This document shows positions 13,688 through 24,483 of a stretch of DNA of 32,000 nt, one piece after another. The translations under genes and the position numbers were made by a program. Under the pieces are notes generated by a model. It made no database searches. It was not told the origin of the DNA and saw only the letters and a list, made by a program, of their open reading frames with translations. Numbering within the stretch: the first letter of the stretch is position 1; the number at the start of each line of letters is the position of its first letter. The DNA comes from Alkalilimnicola ehrlichii MLHE-1 (GTDB lineage: Bacteria; Pseudomonadota; Gammaproteobacteria; Nitrococcales; Halorhodospiraceae), in the NCBI RefSeq assembly GCF_000014785.1, contig NC_008340.1, positions 2,100,001 to 2,132,000 on the forward strand, given 5' to 3'.

Positions 13688-16018
13688 CTAAAACGAGGTG
13701 CCCAGGGAGAACTGGAAGCTTTCCGTGTCGTCGTCATTCGTGTCATTTAACGGTTCCGCTATGCTGAATGTCAATGCACCGATCGGTGACATCCAGGTGA
13801 GCCCCACCCCGGCAGAGGCACGCAGCTCATCCAGGTTGACGCTGTCAAGGTTGTCGGGAAAGACCTCTTCGCTGCCGGTGTAGAGGTCGCCGCGCGTCTG
13901 GTAGACCTGCCCCGCGTCCAGGAAGAGCGACATACGCACCGACTCGGCCTCGGTGAACGGCGGCGGGAAGAACAGCTCGGCGCTGCCGAGGATACGCACG
14001 TTACCCCCCTGGGGCCGGTCATTGCCGTTCTCCAGCGACCGCGGGCCCAGGAAGTTGGCGCGATAGCCGCGCACCGTCGAGACACCGCCACCGTAATAGT
14101 GCTCGAAGAAGGGCAGGCGGCTGGTATCACCATAGCCGTCGCCATAGCTGATCGAGCCGTCCACCGAGAAGGTGAGGTTCTCACTGACGGGCCAGAAGCG
14201 CCGGTGGCTGTAGCTGGTCTTGAAGAAGGTGAGATCCAGCCCCGGCACGCTGACCTCGCCGCTCAGACGCTGCCGGCCGCCGCGTCGCGGGAAGATGGCC
14301 CGGTCGCGGGTGTCGCGGGTCCAGGCCGCCTCCAGCTTGAGCATATCGAAGCGGTTGCCCTCGTCTTCGAGGAAGTCGGTGATCCGGGGCGGGGTGTTCT
14401 CCCGCTCTTCGATATCCATGTGCTCGTAGGCCAGATCCACCGAGATCCGGTCGTTGTTGGTAATCGGGATCCCCAGACCGCCGCCGGCACGGATGGAGGT
14501 CAAGCCGAAATCGGAGAGGTCCGCCCGCCGGGCGCGCGTCTCCCGGTAACTGCCGAAGAACCGCCGGGAGACCCCGTCCAGGGTGTAGTAGCGGTCGGTA
14601 TAGGAGGCCGAGTAGATGGTGTTCACCCGGCTGTTGTTGATCTCCAGGCTCATGCGGTCCCCAGTGCCCAGCACGTTGTCCTGGGCCACGCCGAGGTTGA
14701 GCAGCAGGCCCTGGCTCTCGCCATAACCGATACCGGCGGTCAGGCTGCCGGACATGCGCTCCACCACGTCGACGTCCACATCCACCTCGTCGTCGCTGCC
14801 GGGCACCTGCGGGGTCTCGATATTGACCCGGTCGAAAAAGCCCGTGCGGTCCAACTGGGTCTGCGACTCGCGCAGGGCCGCGGTGTTGAGCGCCGCCCCT
14901 TCCAACTGGCGCAGCTCACGGCGGACGACCTCGTCCTGGGTCCGCTCATTGCCGGAGATATTGATGCGGCGGACATAGACCCGCCGCCCCGGGTCGACCA
15001 CATAGGTCAGGTCCACCACCCCACGGTCCTCGTCGACCTGGGGCCGAATCCCGACGTTGGAGAAGGCATACCCCTCCTCACCCAGGCGGTTCTGCATGGC
15101 CCGGCTCGCGGCCTGCGCCCGGGAGCGTGAATAGACGTCACCGAACTCCAGTTCAAAGAAGCCCTCCAGCTCCTCGCGCTCGACGATGAGATCGCCGACC
15201 ACGTTCATCTCGCCCACGGTGAATTGCTGGCCCTCGGAGAGGTTCACGGTGATGTGGACATCCTCGCGATCCGGGCTGATGGAGACCTGGGTGGAGGTGA
15301 CCGCAAAGTTGATGTAGCCCTGGTCCATGTAGAAGCTACGCAGGTCTTCCAGGTCGTTCCCAAGCCGGTCGCGGGCGTAGCGGTGGCGATCGGAGAAGAA
15401 GTGCCACCAGCGGCGGGGGCGCAGTTCCATCTGCCGGCGCAGCTGGCGCTCGCTGAAGGTCTCATTGCCGACGAAGTGGATCTCACGGATCGCCGCCACC
15501 GGCCCCTCGTCGATATCCAGGCGCACCGCCACCCGGTTGCGCTCCAACGGCGAGATGGTGCTCTCGACGGAGACATCGTACTTACCGCGGCTGAAGTAGA
15601 GCTGGCGCAGTTCCCGTTCGATGTCGGCCAGGCGGAACCGGTCAAAGACCTGGCCCTCCGCCAGCCCGGCGGCCGCCAGCGCATCGAGGATGTCGTCACT
15701 GCGGATCTCGTCGTTGCCGCGAATCTCGATCCGGGCCACCGAAGGCCGCTCCATGACCGAGACCACCAGCACGCCATTGTCACGGCTCAGTTCGATGTCG
15801 CGGAAAAAGCCCGTCTCGTACAGCGCCCGGATAGACTCGGCGGCCCGTTCACTGTCGATGGTCTCCCCCACCTCCAGCGGCAGGTAGTTGAAAACCGTGC
15901 CCTCTGCGATGCGCTGCAGGCCATCCACTCGAATCCCCTCCACCTGGAAGGGGTCAAAGGCCTGGGCCGAAGGGGCGGCCAGGGCCAGCAACAATGCGGG
16001 TAGCAGTGGTCGTCGCAT
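13688..16018 (-). CDS. bamA: Outer membrane protein assembly factor BamA
   Basis: It has POTRA repeats followed by a beta-barrel ending in ...FQFSLGTSF with a terminal aromatic residue. The ATG at 16016-16018 gives a signal peptide MRRPLLPALLLALAAPSAQA. The ORF-track start at 16087 is probably an upstream extension. Confidence 0.95.
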   Translation of the reverse strand: MRRPLLPALLLALAAPSAQAFDPFQVEGIRVDGLQRIAEGTVFNYLPLEVGETIDSERAAESIRALYETGFFRDIELSRDNGVLVVSVMERPSVARIEIRGNDEIRSDDILDALAAAGLAEGQVFDRFRLADIERELRQLYFSRGKYDVSVESTISPLERNRVAVRLDIDEGPVAAIREIHFVGNETFSERQLRRQMELRPRRWWHFFSDRHRYARDRLGNDLEDLRSFYMDQGYINFAVTSTQVSISPDREDVHITVNLSEGQQFTVGEMNVVGDLIVEREELEGFFELEFGDVYSRSRAQAASRAMQNRLGEEGYAFSNVGIRPQVDEDRGVVDLTYVVDPGRRVYVRRINISGNERTQDEVVRRELRQLEGAALNTAALRESQTQLDRTGFFDRVNIETPQVPGSDDEVDVDVDVVERMSGSLTAGIGYGESQGLLLNLGVAQDNVLGTGDRMSLEINNSRVNTIYSASYTDRYYTLDGVSRRFFGSYRETRARRADLSDFGLTSIRAGGGLGIPITNNDRISVDLAYEHMDIEERENTPPRITDFLEDEGNRFDMLKLEAAWTRDTRDRAIFPRRGGRQRLSGEVSVPGLDLTFFKTSYSHRRFWPVSENLTFSVDGSISYGDGYGDTSRLPFFEHYYGGGVSTVRGYRANFLGPRSLENGNDRPQGGNVRILGSAELFFPPPFTEAESVRMSLFLDAGQVYQTRGDLYTGSEEVFPDNLDSVNLDELRASAGVGLTWMSPIGALTFSIAEPLNDTNDDDTESFQFSLGTSF

Positions 16019-16111
16019 CGACTCTCGTCCAATCTGAACCGGCGGGACAGGGTCCGCGCCGGTGCGGAAAATGTGGGCGATAGGCACCGGGGCCCCCCCG
16101 GCAGTCCCCGT

Positions 16112-17476
16112 TTAGCCGCCGAACAGGCGCGCCAGGTCGTTGTAGAACGCCAGTCCCATGAGCAGGAACAGCATCAGCAGCCCCACCTGCTGGCCCACCG
16201 CCTGGGCGTACTCCGACAGCGGCTTGCCGCGTACGGCCTCGACCGCGAAATAGAGCAAGTGCCCGCCGTCCAGGATGGGGATCGGCAACAGGTTGATGAT
16301 CCCCAGACTGATACTGACGATGGCGAGGAAGCCCAGGAAGGGTACCACGCCCAGCGAGGCGGTATCGCCCGCAAACTGCCCGATGGTGAGCGGGCCGCTA
16401 AGATTCTGCAGCGAGGCCTGGCCGATCACCATACGGCCGAGGATCTTCACCGTCAGCACGCTGGCATCCCAGGTGGAGGACAGGCCATGGCCCAGCGCCC
16501 CGACCGGTCCGTATTGGACCTCGCGGTAGAGCCGGTCATAGGCCCCCTCCGGCACCTCGGGGGCCACCCCAAGCTGACCGATGGTGCGCCCGGCCGCCTC
16601 CACGCTGTCCAGCCGCGTATCGATGGTCTCCTGACGGCCGTCGCGCTCGATCGTGAGGGTCAGAACCTCGCCCGGATGGTGCTCGATCCACTCGACCAGC
16701 TCACGCCATTCCGCCACCGGCTCGCCCTCCACCGAGACGATGCGGTCGCCGGCCATGAGCCCGGCCCGGGCCGCGGGCCCGTCATCCACCACACGGCCGA
16801 GCACCGGGTCCAAGGCCGGGGTCCAGGGACGGAAACCGGCCTGCGCCAGCAGATTGTCCGCCCGCCCGATCTCACCGGCCAGGGTCATGTCCAGCACCAG
16901 ACTGCGGGCACGGCCGTCCTCGCCCCGGACCTCCACCGGGATGTCGGCGCGGTGAAAGCCGGCATCCACCAGCGCCATGGCGGTGCGCTGCCAGGTGGGG
17001 GTCTCGCGGCCGCCGATGGCGAGCAGCTCATCGCCCTCCTGAAAACCGGCCTCAGCCGCCGGCGTGTTCTCCGCCACCGGCCCCAGGACCGGGCGCATCT
17101 CGACAGTGCCGAGCAGGCCGATGGCCATGTAAGCGAGCACTGCGAACAGGAAATTGAACAAGGGTCCGGCGAGCACCACGGCGGTGCGCTTGTACAGCGG
17201 CTGGACGTTGAAGGCGCGGTGGCGTTCGGCCTCGGGCACCTCGGCCTCGCGTTCGTCCAGCATCTTCACGTAGCCGCCGAGCGGGATCGCGGCAATGACG
17301 TATTCGGTGCGATCCGCCCCACGGCGCCAGCGCAACAGCGGCCGGCCGAAGCCCACCGAGAAGCGCAGCACCTTGATGCCGGCCCGCCGGGCCACCCAGA
17401 AATGGCCGAACTCGTGCACCGTGACCAGGATGCCAATGGCCACGACGAACGCCAGTATGCTCCAGAGGATGCCCAT
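16112..17476 (-). CDS. rseP: Site-2 (RIP) zinc metalloprotease RseP
   Basis: 454 aa with HEFGHF (HExxH) in TM1, central PDZ regions and the C-terminal NLLPIPILDGGH motif. Confidence 0.95.
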   Translation of the reverse strand: MGILWSILAFVVAIGILVTVHEFGHFWVARRAGIKVLRFSVGFGRPLLRWRRGADRTEYVIAAIPLGGYVKMLDEREAEVPEAERHRAFNVQPLYKRTAVVLAGPLFNFLFAVLAYMAIGLLGTVEMRPVLGPVAENTPAAEAGFQEGDELLAIGGRETPTWQRTAMALVDAGFHRADIPVEVRGEDGRARSLVLDMTLAGEIGRADNLLAQAGFRPWTPALDPVLGRVVDDGPAARAGLMAGDRIVSVEGEPVAEWRELVEWIEHHPGEVLTLTIERDGRQETIDTRLDSVEAAGRTIGQLGVAPEVPEGAYDRLYREVQYGPVGALGHGLSSTWDASVLTVKILGRMVIGQASLQNLSGPLTIGQFAGDTASLGVVPFLGFLAIVSISLGIINLLPIPILDGGHLLYFAVEAVRGKPLSEYAQAVGQQVGLLMLFLLMGLAFYNDLARLFGG

Positions 17477-17482
17477 CGTCTG

Positions 17483-18688
17483 TTATCCCGCCTCTCGCCG
17501 CACGACCTGCAGGGCCACCGACCGCGCCTCGTTGTCCACCCCGCGGATGGCCTCCAGGTCGGCCGCCGCCGGCCCGCCACTCATCCGCTCCAGTACTTCC
17601 GCCACCACGACGGCGATCCGGGTATAACCGATCTCCCCGTGCAGGAAGGCCTCCACCGCCACCTCATTGGCGGCGTTGAGCACCGCACAGGCGTGCCCCC
17701 CGGCCTCCAGCGCATCGTAGGCCAACTGCAGGCAGGGGAAACGGCGCGGGTCAGGCGCCTCGAAGTCCAGGCGCGCCAATGCGGCCAGGTCCAACGACTC
17801 CGCACCCGATACCAATCGCTCGGGCCAGCCCAGGGCATGGGCAATCGGTATCCGCATATCCGGCTGGCCCAGCTGGGCCAGCAGCGAGCCATCCCGATAC
17901 TCCACCAGGGAGTGCACGATGCTCTGTGGATGAATGACCACATCCACACGCCCGGGTTCCGCCGAGAACAACCGGCAGGCCTCAATCAGCTCCAGGCCCT
18001 TGTTCATCATGGTCGCCGAGTCCACCGAGATTTTGCGCCCCATGGACCAATTGGGATGGGCGCAGGCCTCGTCCGGGGTCACCTGGGCGAGGGTCTCCGG
18101 TGCCCGGGCCCGGAACGGTCCGCCGGAGGCGGTGAGGATCAGCCGGCGGATCCCCAGGCTGTCGAGATCGCGGGCCGGATAGGCCTCGGGCAGGCACTGG
18201 AAGATGGCGTTGTGCTCACTGTCCACCGGCAGCACCACGGCCCCATGGGCGCGGGCCTCGGCCATGAACAGCTCGCCGGCCATAACCAGCACCTCCTTGT
18301 TGGCGAGCAGGATCCGGCGGCCGTCCCGGGCGGCGGCCAGGGTGGGCATCAACCCGGCGGCCCCGACAATGGCGGCGACCACGCAGTCCACGCCAGGCCA
18401 GGTCGCCGCCTCGATCAACCCGGCCTCGCCCCCGGCCACCCGCACACCGGGGAGGTCGTCACCGAGCTGGCGGCGCAGCGCCACGGCCGCGTCCGGGTCG
18501 GCCATCACCGCCAGCTCCGGCCGAAACCGGCGACAAAGGCCCGCCATGCCTGCCACGTCCCGATGAGCGGCCAGCGCCCGGACCCGGAATCGGTCCGGGT
18601 GGCGCGCCACCACGTCGAGCGTGCTGGTGCCAATGGAGCCGGTGGCTCCCAGGATGCTCAATCCGGTTACAGCGTCGTGTGCCACCAT
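17483..18688 (-). CDS. dxr: 1-deoxy-D-xylulose 5-phosphate reductoisomerase
   Basis: 401 aa with the NADPH motif [15 protein letters not shown] and LANKE / [10 protein letters not shown] motifs. The ATG start overlaps the cdsA end by 22 nt, so the exact start is uncertain. Confidence 0.95.
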   Translation of the reverse strand: MVAHDAVTGLSILGATGSIGTSTLDVVARHPDRFRVRALAAHRDVAGMAGLCRRFRPELAVMADPDAAVALRRQLGDDLPGVRVAGGEAGLIEAATWPGVDCVVAAIVGAAGLMPTLAAARDGRRILLANKEVLVMAGELFMAEARAHGAVVLPVDSEHNAIFQCLPEAYPARDLDSLGIRRLILTASGGPFRARAPETLAQVTPDEACAHPNWSMGRKISVDSATMMNKGLELIEACRLFSAEPGRVDVVIHPQSIVHSLVEYRDGSLLAQLGQPDMRIPIAHALGWPERLVSGAESLDLAALARLDFEAPDPRRFPCLQLAYDALEAGGHACAVLNAANEVAVEAFLHGEIGYTRIAVVVAEVLERMSGGPAAADLEAIRGVDNEARSVALQVVRREAG

Positions 18689-19497
18689 GTCAGTCCCAGT
18701 GCCAGTAGCGGCGCGGCGGCCGTCAGGCTGTCGATCCGGTCCAGGATGCCCCCATGACCGGGCAGCAGGGTACCGCTGTCCTTGACCCCGCGCTGGCGTT
18801 TCAACAGGCTCTCGAAGAGATCCCCGACCACCGACAGGGCCACGGTCACCAGGATCAGGAGCACGAGCAGGCCCGCCCCCGGCCCCGGTACGGCAAACAC
18901 CATCGATAGCACTAGACCGGCGACCACCGCTGCCAGCAATCCCCCGGCCACCCCTTCCCAGGTCTTGCCCGGGCTGACCCGGGGCGCCAGCTTATGCCGG
19001 CCCAGGCTGCGACCCGCGAAGTAGGCGCCGGTGTCGGCGCCCCAGACCAGCACGAAGAGGAAGGTGACCCAGAAGCCGCCATGCCCGCTGCCGCCCTGCA
19101 ACCACAACAACCCCATCCAGGCAGGCCAGAGCACGCACCAGCCCACCAGGACCAACACCGCATCCGAAGGGCCACCGCGGGCCCCGCCGGTACCGGCGTA
19201 GCGCAGCAGCCAGACCAGTGCCACCGCCCACCAGGCGGCGGCAAAGACAAAGATCGGAAGCATCGCGCCATCGGCCTGAAACCACCACCAGCCGGGAATC
19301 AATGTGGCGGTCAGCCCGACCAGCCAGAGCGCCCGGCGGCGGCTGTCGTTGGCGCGGAGAAAGCCCCCCCACTCCCAGGCGGCCAGCAGCAAGACCACGG
19401 TGTAGAGCAGCATCACCGCCGGCAACGGCCAGGTCCACACCGCCCAGAGCACCAGCGGAATCAGGACGGCCGCGGTGAGCAGTCGCTGCTTAAGCAC
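18667..19497 (-). CDS. cdsA: Phosphatidate cytidylyltransferase (CDP-diglyceride synthase)
   Basis: Multi-TM protein with the signature [28 protein letters not shown]. The ORF-track start (19677) runs through uppS. I chose the GTG at 19495-19497 ([11 protein letters not shown]...), which overlaps the uppS stop by 8 nt. Confidence 0.88.
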   Translation of the reverse strand: MLKQRLLTAAVLIPLVLWAVWTWPLPAVMLLYTVVLLLAAWEWGGFLRANDSRRRALWLVGLTATLIPGWWWFQADGAMLPIFVFAAAWWAVALVWLLRYAGTGGARGGPSDAVLVLVGWCVLWPAWMGLLWLQGGSGHGGFWVTFLFVLVWGADTGAYFAGRSLGRHKLAPRVSPGKTWEGVAGGLLAAVVAGLVLSMVFAVPGPGAGLLVLLILVTVALSVVGDLFESLLKRQRGVKDSGTLLPGHGGILDRIDSLTAAAPLLALGLTWWHTTL

Positions 19498-20263
19498 GTC
19501 CCGACTCCGTCTGCAACTGATCGGAGGTGCGCCCGAAGCGGCGCTCCCGGCCGGCGAAGTCCGCCAGGGCCTCGTCCAGGTGGTCGGTGGTGAAGGCTGG
19601 CCAGAGCACCGGCGTGAAGTAGAGCTCGGTGTAGGCCAACTGCCAGAGCATGAAGTTGCTGATCCGGCGCTCGCCACCGGTGCGGATGAACAAGTCCGGC
19701 TCCGGCAGCTCAGCCAGGCAGACCTCCTTACCCAGGGTCTCGGTGGTTATCTCGTCGGGCTGCAGGTGACCCGCCTGCACCGCCTCTGCCAGACGCCGGG
19801 CGGCATTGGCGATGTCCCAGCGCCCGCCGTAGCTTGCCGCCACGTTGAGTTGGAGACCGGTGTTGTCGCGGGTCAGCGCCTCGGCATCCGCCAGGCGCTG
19901 CTGCAGGCGGCGGGGAAAGTCCTCCCGGGCCCCCATGAAGCGCAGGCGGACATCATTGCGGTGCAGCCGGGCCGACTCCTTGTCGAGCGTACTCAGGAAG
20001 AGCTCCATCAGGACGCTCACCTCCTTGCGGGGCCGCCGCCAGTTCTCACTGCTGAATGCGAACAGGGTCAGGGCGTGGATCCCGAGACGGCCGCAATGCT
20101 CCACCACCCGGCGCACCGTGGCGGCACCGGCCCGGTGGCCGGCATGGCGCGGCAGCCCACGCGCCCGGGCCCAGCGGCCGTTGCCGTCCATGATGATGGC
20201 CACATGTTCAGGCAGGGGCCCGTCGGCTGAAACCTGCGCATCGTTTGCGGTTTTTCTGCCCAT
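19490..20263 (-). CDS. uppS: Undecaprenyl diphosphate synthase
   Basis: It contains HVAIIMDGNGRWA and ERRFG motifs. The start was taken at the ATG 20261-20263 (MGRKTANDAQ...). An ATG at 20288-20290 is equally possible. The ORF-track start at 20605 overlaps frr and is not credible. Confidence 0.92.
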   Translation of the reverse strand: MGRKTANDAQVSADGPLPEHVAIIMDGNGRWARARGLPRHAGHRAGAATVRRVVEHCGRLGIHALTLFAFSSENWRRPRKEVSVLMELFLSTLDKESARLHRNDVRLRFMGAREDFPRRLQQRLADAEALTRDNTGLQLNVAASYGGRWDIANAARRLAEAVQAGHLQPDEITTETLGKEVCLAELPEPDLFIRTGGERRISNFMLWQLAYTELYFTPVLWPAFTTDHLDEALADFAGRERRFGRTSDQLQTESGRA

Positions 20264-20402
20264 CGACTTCCCGGTACAGGAGGCGGTCATCCCAGCCCCC
20301 GAATAAACGGCAAGACCCCGGCGGTGAGCGGCACCGGCGGGGCCTGCCCGGACCCATTGGACGGGGAACGCCGCCCCGCCGTCGCGAACGCTACCGCCCG
20401 CG

Positions 20403-20960
20403 TCAGATCTCCATGAGTTCCTTCTCCTTCTCCTGAAGGATGCGGTCCACTTCACCGGTGTACTTGTCGGTGAGCTTCTGGATGGCATCCTCGCCGCCGC
20501 GCTCCTCGTCCTCGGAGATCTCCTTCTCCTTGAGCAGTTCCTTGAGATCGGAGTTGGCGTCACGGCGGATATTGCGGATGGCCACCCGGGCCTGCTCCGC
20601 CTCACTGCGCACCACCTTGACCAGCTCCTTGCGCCGGTCCTCGGTGAGCGGTGGCATCGGGATGCGGATCACCGTACCGGCGGTCGTCGGCGTGAGCCCC
20701 AGATCGGAGCTCTGGATCGCCTTCTCCACCTCCGGGACCATGCTCTTCTCAAATGGGATCACCGACAGGGTGCGGGCGTCCTCCACCTTGACCGATGCGG
20801 CCTGATTGAGCGGCACCTCGGTACCGTAGTAGGTCACGCTGATGTGATCCAGCAGGTTGGTATGAGCACGGCCGGTGCGGATCTTGCGAAGCTCCGCGCG
20901 GAAGGCCTCGATGCTCTTCTTCATCCGCGTCTCGGCGTCCTTACGAATCTCGTCAATCAC
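20403..20960 (-). CDS. frr: Ribosome recycling factor
   Basis: 185 aa. (M)[31 protein letters not shown]... is collinear with E. coli Frr. The GTG start overlaps the pyrH stop (GTGA). Confidence 0.97.
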
Positions 20961-21685
20961 AGCTCGTCTCCCCTCTCGACGATGGTGCCCGTGCGCTGGC
21001 CGGTGATCACGTCCACCAGCGCGCCCGGCGAGGTAATGTCAAACACCATGATGCGCATGTTCTGATCCCGGCAGAGCACCACGGCGGTGGCGTCCATGAC
21101 CATCAGCCGGTCTTCCAGGACCTGATCGTAGGTCAGCAGTTCGTATCGACGGGCATCCGGGTCCCGGGTCGGGTCGGCGCTGTAGACACCGTCCACCTTG
21201 GTGCCCTTGAGCATGATGTCAGCACCGACCTCGATGGCGCGGAGACTGGCGGCCGAGTCGGTGGTGAAGAAGGGGTTACCGGTGCCGGCGGCAAAGACCA
21301 CCACCCGCCCCTTTTCCAGGTGGCGGATGGCACGTCGGCGGATGTAATCCTCGCAGACCTGGTTGATCTTGACCGCGGACATCACCCGACAATAGACGCC
21401 TTCGTGCTCCAGGGCATCCTGCAGGGCCAGCCCGTTCATCACGGTGGCCAGCATGCCCATATGGTCGGCGGTGACCCGATCCATGCCGGCAGCGGCCAGG
21501 CCGGCACCGCGAAAGATGTTGCCGCCACCGATCACCAGGGCGATCTCCACCCCCATGCGGCTGACCTCGGCCACCTCGTGGGCGATACGCCGGATCACAT
21601 CCGGGCTGATACCGTAAGCGGCGTCGCCCATGAGGGCCTCGCCGCTGAGCTTGAGGAGTATGCGTTTGTACTGGGGCTGGCTCAT
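20957..21685 (-). CDS. pyrH: UMP kinase
   Basis: 242 aa with [13 protein letters not shown]...GGGNIFRG...FTTDSAA. Confidence 0.97.
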
Positions 21686-21718
21686 CGTGGTATCCCTATC
21701 GTCCGGCTGGAGTATACC

Positions 21719-21742
21719 GGACGCCCCGTCCCCGGGGCGTCC
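21719..21742 (-). terminator. Perfect 10-bp GC hairpin with a GGGA loop just after tsf; possible attenuator or 3' stabiliser, with no U-tract
   Basis: The minus strand reads ggacgccccg-ggga-cggggcgtcc, 19 nt after the tsf stop, followed by ggtatactcc. The lack of a U run makes classic intrinsic termination doubtful. Confidence 0.3.
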
Positions 21743-21760
21743 CTCTTCAGGCCTGGACGA

Positions 21761-22639
21761 TCAGGAGCCGCGCGCCTGTGCCATCACCTCTTCGGCAAAG
21801 TTCTCTTCCTTCTTCTCCTTGCCCTCGCCCACCTCGTAGCGGACGAAACGAGCCACCTTGGCACCGGCGCCCTTGAGCAGCTCGCCGACGGTCTGATCCG
21901 GGTCCTTGACGAAGGGCTGGCCGACCAGGGTCTGCTCATTGATGAACTTCTTCAACCGGCCCTGGACCATCTTCTCGATGATCTCCTCCGGCTTGCCGGA
22001 CTCGCGGGCCTGCTCGACCAGGATCGCCTTCTCCTTCTCGATGACCTCGGCCGGCATGTCGTCCTCGGAGACACACTCGGGCTTACTGGCGGCCACATGC
22101 ATGGCCACGTCCCGGGCCAGCTGCTCGTCGCCGCCCTCCAGCTCCACCATGACGCCGATGCGGCTGCCATGCAGATACTGGGCGACGGTGTTGCCGCTGC
22201 TGCCGTAGCGCACGAACCGGCGCACCTGGATGTTCTCGCCGATCTTGGCCACCAGCTCCTTGGTGGCGGTGGCCAGGTCCTGCCCGTTCAGCTCGCAGGC
22301 CATCAGGGCCTCGAGATCCTCGGGCTTCTCCTCCAGGGCCAGCCGCGCCACGCCGTCGGCGAAGGCCAGGAAGTCGTCGCTCTTGGCCACGAAATCGGTC
22401 TCGCTGTTGATCTCCACCAGCACACCGCTGTGGCCGTCCTCGCTGCGCTTGGCGGCGATGATGCCCTCGGCGGCGATGCGGCCGGACTTCTTGTCGGCCT
22501 TGGCCAGGCCCTTCTTGCGCATGAGCTCGACGGCGGCATCCAGATCGCCGTCGGTCTCCACCAGCGCCTTCTTGCACTCCATCATGCCGGAGCCGGTGCG
22601 CTCGCGCAGTTGCTTTACCAGAGATGCGGAAATCGCCAT
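21761..22639 (-). CDS. tsf: Translation elongation factor Ts
   Basis: 292 aa. The N-terminal UBA-like region reads [44 protein letters not shown]. An AAGGAA RBS is present. Confidence 0.97.
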   Translation of the reverse strand: MAISASLVKQLRERTGSGMMECKKALVETDGDLDAAVELMRKKGLAKADKKSGRIAAEGIIAAKRSEDGHSGVLVEINSETDFVAKSDDFLAFADGVARLALEEKPEDLEALMACELNGQDLATATKELVAKIGENIQVRRFVRYGSSGNTVAQYLHGSRIGVMVELEGGDEQLARDVAMHVAASKPECVSEDDMPAEVIEKEKAILVEQARESGKPEEIIEKMVQGRLKKFINEQTLVGQPFVKDPDQTVGELLKGAGAKVARFVRYEVGEGKEKKEENFAEEVMAQARGS

Positions 22640-22724
22640 GGTTCCTTAACCCCTCAATGTCAGGTGTCGATACGGCGGACCGACGCCCGCCGCATGCTGT
22701 TGTGCAGTACCGTGGCCGCCGGGC

Positions 22725-23471
22725 TCAGCCCTGCTGCTCGGTGGCCTCGTCCACCTCGACGAAGTCGTCATCGCCGCCGGGACGCGCAGTGGCCGTCTTT
22801 GCCTCGAGCACGGCATCGGCCGCGCCGCTCAGATAGAGCTGGATGGCACGGATGGCGTCGTCGTTGCCCGGAATGACGTAGTCGACTTCGCGCGGGGAGT
22901 TGTTGGTATCAACCACGGCCACCACCGGGATACCCAGCTTGCGGGCCTCCTGTACGGCGATGTGCTCGAAGCCCACGTCGATGACGAACATCGCGTCCGG
23001 CAGACCGTTCATGTCCTTGATGCCGGAGAGGGTGCGATTGAGCTTCTCCATCTCGCGGCTCAGCGACAGCGCCTCGCGCTTGGTCAGCTTATCGAAGGTG
23101 CCGTCCTCGGCCTGGGCCTCCAGGTCTTTCAGGCGGCGGATGGAGCCCTTGACGGTGCGGAAGTTGGTGAGCATGCCGCCGAGCCAGCGGTGATCGACAT
23201 AGGGCATGCCGCAGCGGGAGGCCTCCTCGCGCACGGCCTTGCGGGCGGAGCGCTTGGTACCGACGAACAGCACCTTGCCACCCTCGGCGGCCAGACGGCC
23301 GACGTAGTTCATGGCCTCCTGGTACAGGGGCAGGGTCTTTTCCAGGTTGATGATGTGGATCTTGTTACGCTGGCCGAAGATGTAGGGGGCCATCTTCGGG
23401 TTCCAGTAACGGGTCTGGTGGCCGAAATGAACGCCGGCCTCCAGCATGTCACGCATGCTGACATTCGCCAT
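22725..23471 (-). CDS. rpsB: 30S ribosomal protein S2
   Basis: 248 aa with [27 protein letters not shown]... and an acidic C-terminal tail. Confidence 0.98.
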   Translation of the reverse strand: MANVSMRDMLEAGVHFGHQTRYWNPKMAPYIFGQRNKIHIINLEKTLPLYQEAMNYVGRLAAEGGKVLFVGTKRSARKAVREEASRCGMPYVDHRWLGGMLTNFRTVKGSIRRLKDLEAQAEDGTFDKLTKREALSLSREMEKLNRTLSGIKDMNGLPDAMFVIDVGFEHIAVQEARKLGIPVVAVVDTNNSPREVDYVIPGNDDAIRAIQLYLSGAADAVLEAKTATARPGGDDDFVEVDEATEQQG

Positions 23472-23505
23472 GAGTATAAACTCCTGATTTTACGGGTTAC
23501 GCCTC

Positions 23506-23574
23506 CATACACCCTCTCGCGACGACCCCCGGCGGCAAGCCGCTGGGGCACCCGGCCGCGAGTGCCGGTGTATG
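23506..23574 (-). promoter_or_regulatory. Extended stem-loop in the rpsB 5' UTR (candidate S2 autoregulatory leader)
   Basis: On the minus strand, catacacc pairs with ggtgtatg (8 bp) and ctcgcg with cgcgag (6 bp). These enclose the hairpin ccccagcgg-cttg-ccgccgggg. The structure ends about 35 nt before the rpsB ATG. Folded by eye only. Confidence 0.35.
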
Positions 23575-23632
23575 TGTGGATTTGCCGCGCCGACAATAGC
23601 GGGCGGCGGGTATTTGCCTGAACGGCCGGCGC

Positions 23633-23661
23633 TTTATACCATAATCGGCTGACCGCCACAA
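23633..23661 (-). promoter_or_regulatory. Candidate sigma70 promoter for rpsB-tsf: TTGTGG-N17-TATAAA
   Basis: The minus strand reads ttgtgg cggtcagccgattatgg tataaa. This implies a 5' UTR of about 150 nt, similar in length to the known enterobacterial rpsB leader. Confidence 0.4.
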
Positions 23662-23712
23662 TTTCGCCCACCAGCCGGAGGCGCCCGCCGCGCCGTGATA
23701 CCATCCCCAGCC

Positions 23713-24480
23713 ATGAGCGTAGTCATCAAAACCCCAGAAGAAATCGAACGCATGCGCGAAGCCGGCCGGCTGGCCGCGAGCGTGCTGGACATGATCGGTG
23801 AGCACATCCGCCCCGGGGTCACCACCGAACACCTGGACGCCCTGTGTCACGATTACATGGTGAACGAACTGGAGGTGGTGCCGGCCCCGCTGAACTATCG
23901 CGGCTTCCCCAAGGCCACCTGCACCTCCGTCAACCACGTGGTCTGCCACGGCATCCCCGGCCCCAAGAAGCTGCGCAAAGGCGATATCCTGAACATCGAC
24001 ATCACCGTCATCAAGGACGGCTGGCACGGCGATACCAGCCGGATGTTCTTCGTCGGTGAGCCCAGCATCAAGGCACGACGGCTGGTCGAGGTCACCAAGG
24101 AGTGTCTCTGGAAGGGCATCGAGCAGGTCCGCCCCGGGGCCACCCTGGGGGACATCGGCCACGCCATCCAGACCTGGGCCGAGCGCCACAATTACTCGAT
24201 CGTGCGCGAGTACTGCGGCCACGGCATCGGCCAGCAGTTCCACGAGGACCCGCAGGTGCTGCACTACGGCGAGCCGGGCCAGGGGCTGCGCCTGGAGGAG
24301 GGCATGACCTTCACCATCGAACCCATGGTCAACGCCGGCAAGCCCGGCACCAAGCTGCTGCGCGACAACTGGACGGCGGTGACCCGTGACCGCAGCCTGT
24401 CAGCGCAGTGGGAGCACACCCTGGCGGTGACCGCTGACGGCTACGATGTGCTGACGGTCACCGACCGTTACCCCGGCTGA
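23713..24480 (+). CDS. map: Type I methionine aminopeptidase
   Basis: MSVVIKTPEEIERMREAG... is collinear with E. coli MAP (MAISIKTPEDIEKMRVAG). Metal-ligand regions are present (DILNIDITV, GHGIG). The ORF-track start at 23695 is 6 codons upstream. Confidence 0.96.
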   Translation: MSVVIKTPEEIERMREAGRLAASVLDMIGEHIRPGVTTEHLDALCHDYMVNELEVVPAPLNYRGFPKATCTSVNHVVCHGIPGPKKLRKGDILNIDITVIKDGWHGDTSRMFFVGEPSIKARRLVEVTKECLWKGIEQVRPGATLGDIGHAIQTWAERHNYSIVREYCGHGIGQQFHEDPQVLHYGEPGQGLRLEEGMTFTIEPMVNAGKPGTKLLRDNWTAVTRDRSLSAQWEHTLAVTADGYDVLTVTDRYPG

Positions 24481-24483
24481 ACG

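Noticed and set aside
16019-16111. SigmaE-type promoter (GGAACTT-N16-TCAAA) upstream of bamA, and the hairpin ccgggg-ggg-ccccgg after rseP
   Set aside because: The best -35-like and -10-like pair (GGACCCT ... TCAGA) is only 11 nt apart. The hairpin is short and has no adjacent U-tract.
20301-20342. Possible intrinsic terminator after frr (ccccgccggtg-ccgct-caccgccgggg followed by tcttgccgtttattc on the minus strand)
   Set aside because: The stem has a central C-C mismatch (5+5 bp) and the downstream U-tract is interrupted. It is too weak to call without a terminator-prediction program.
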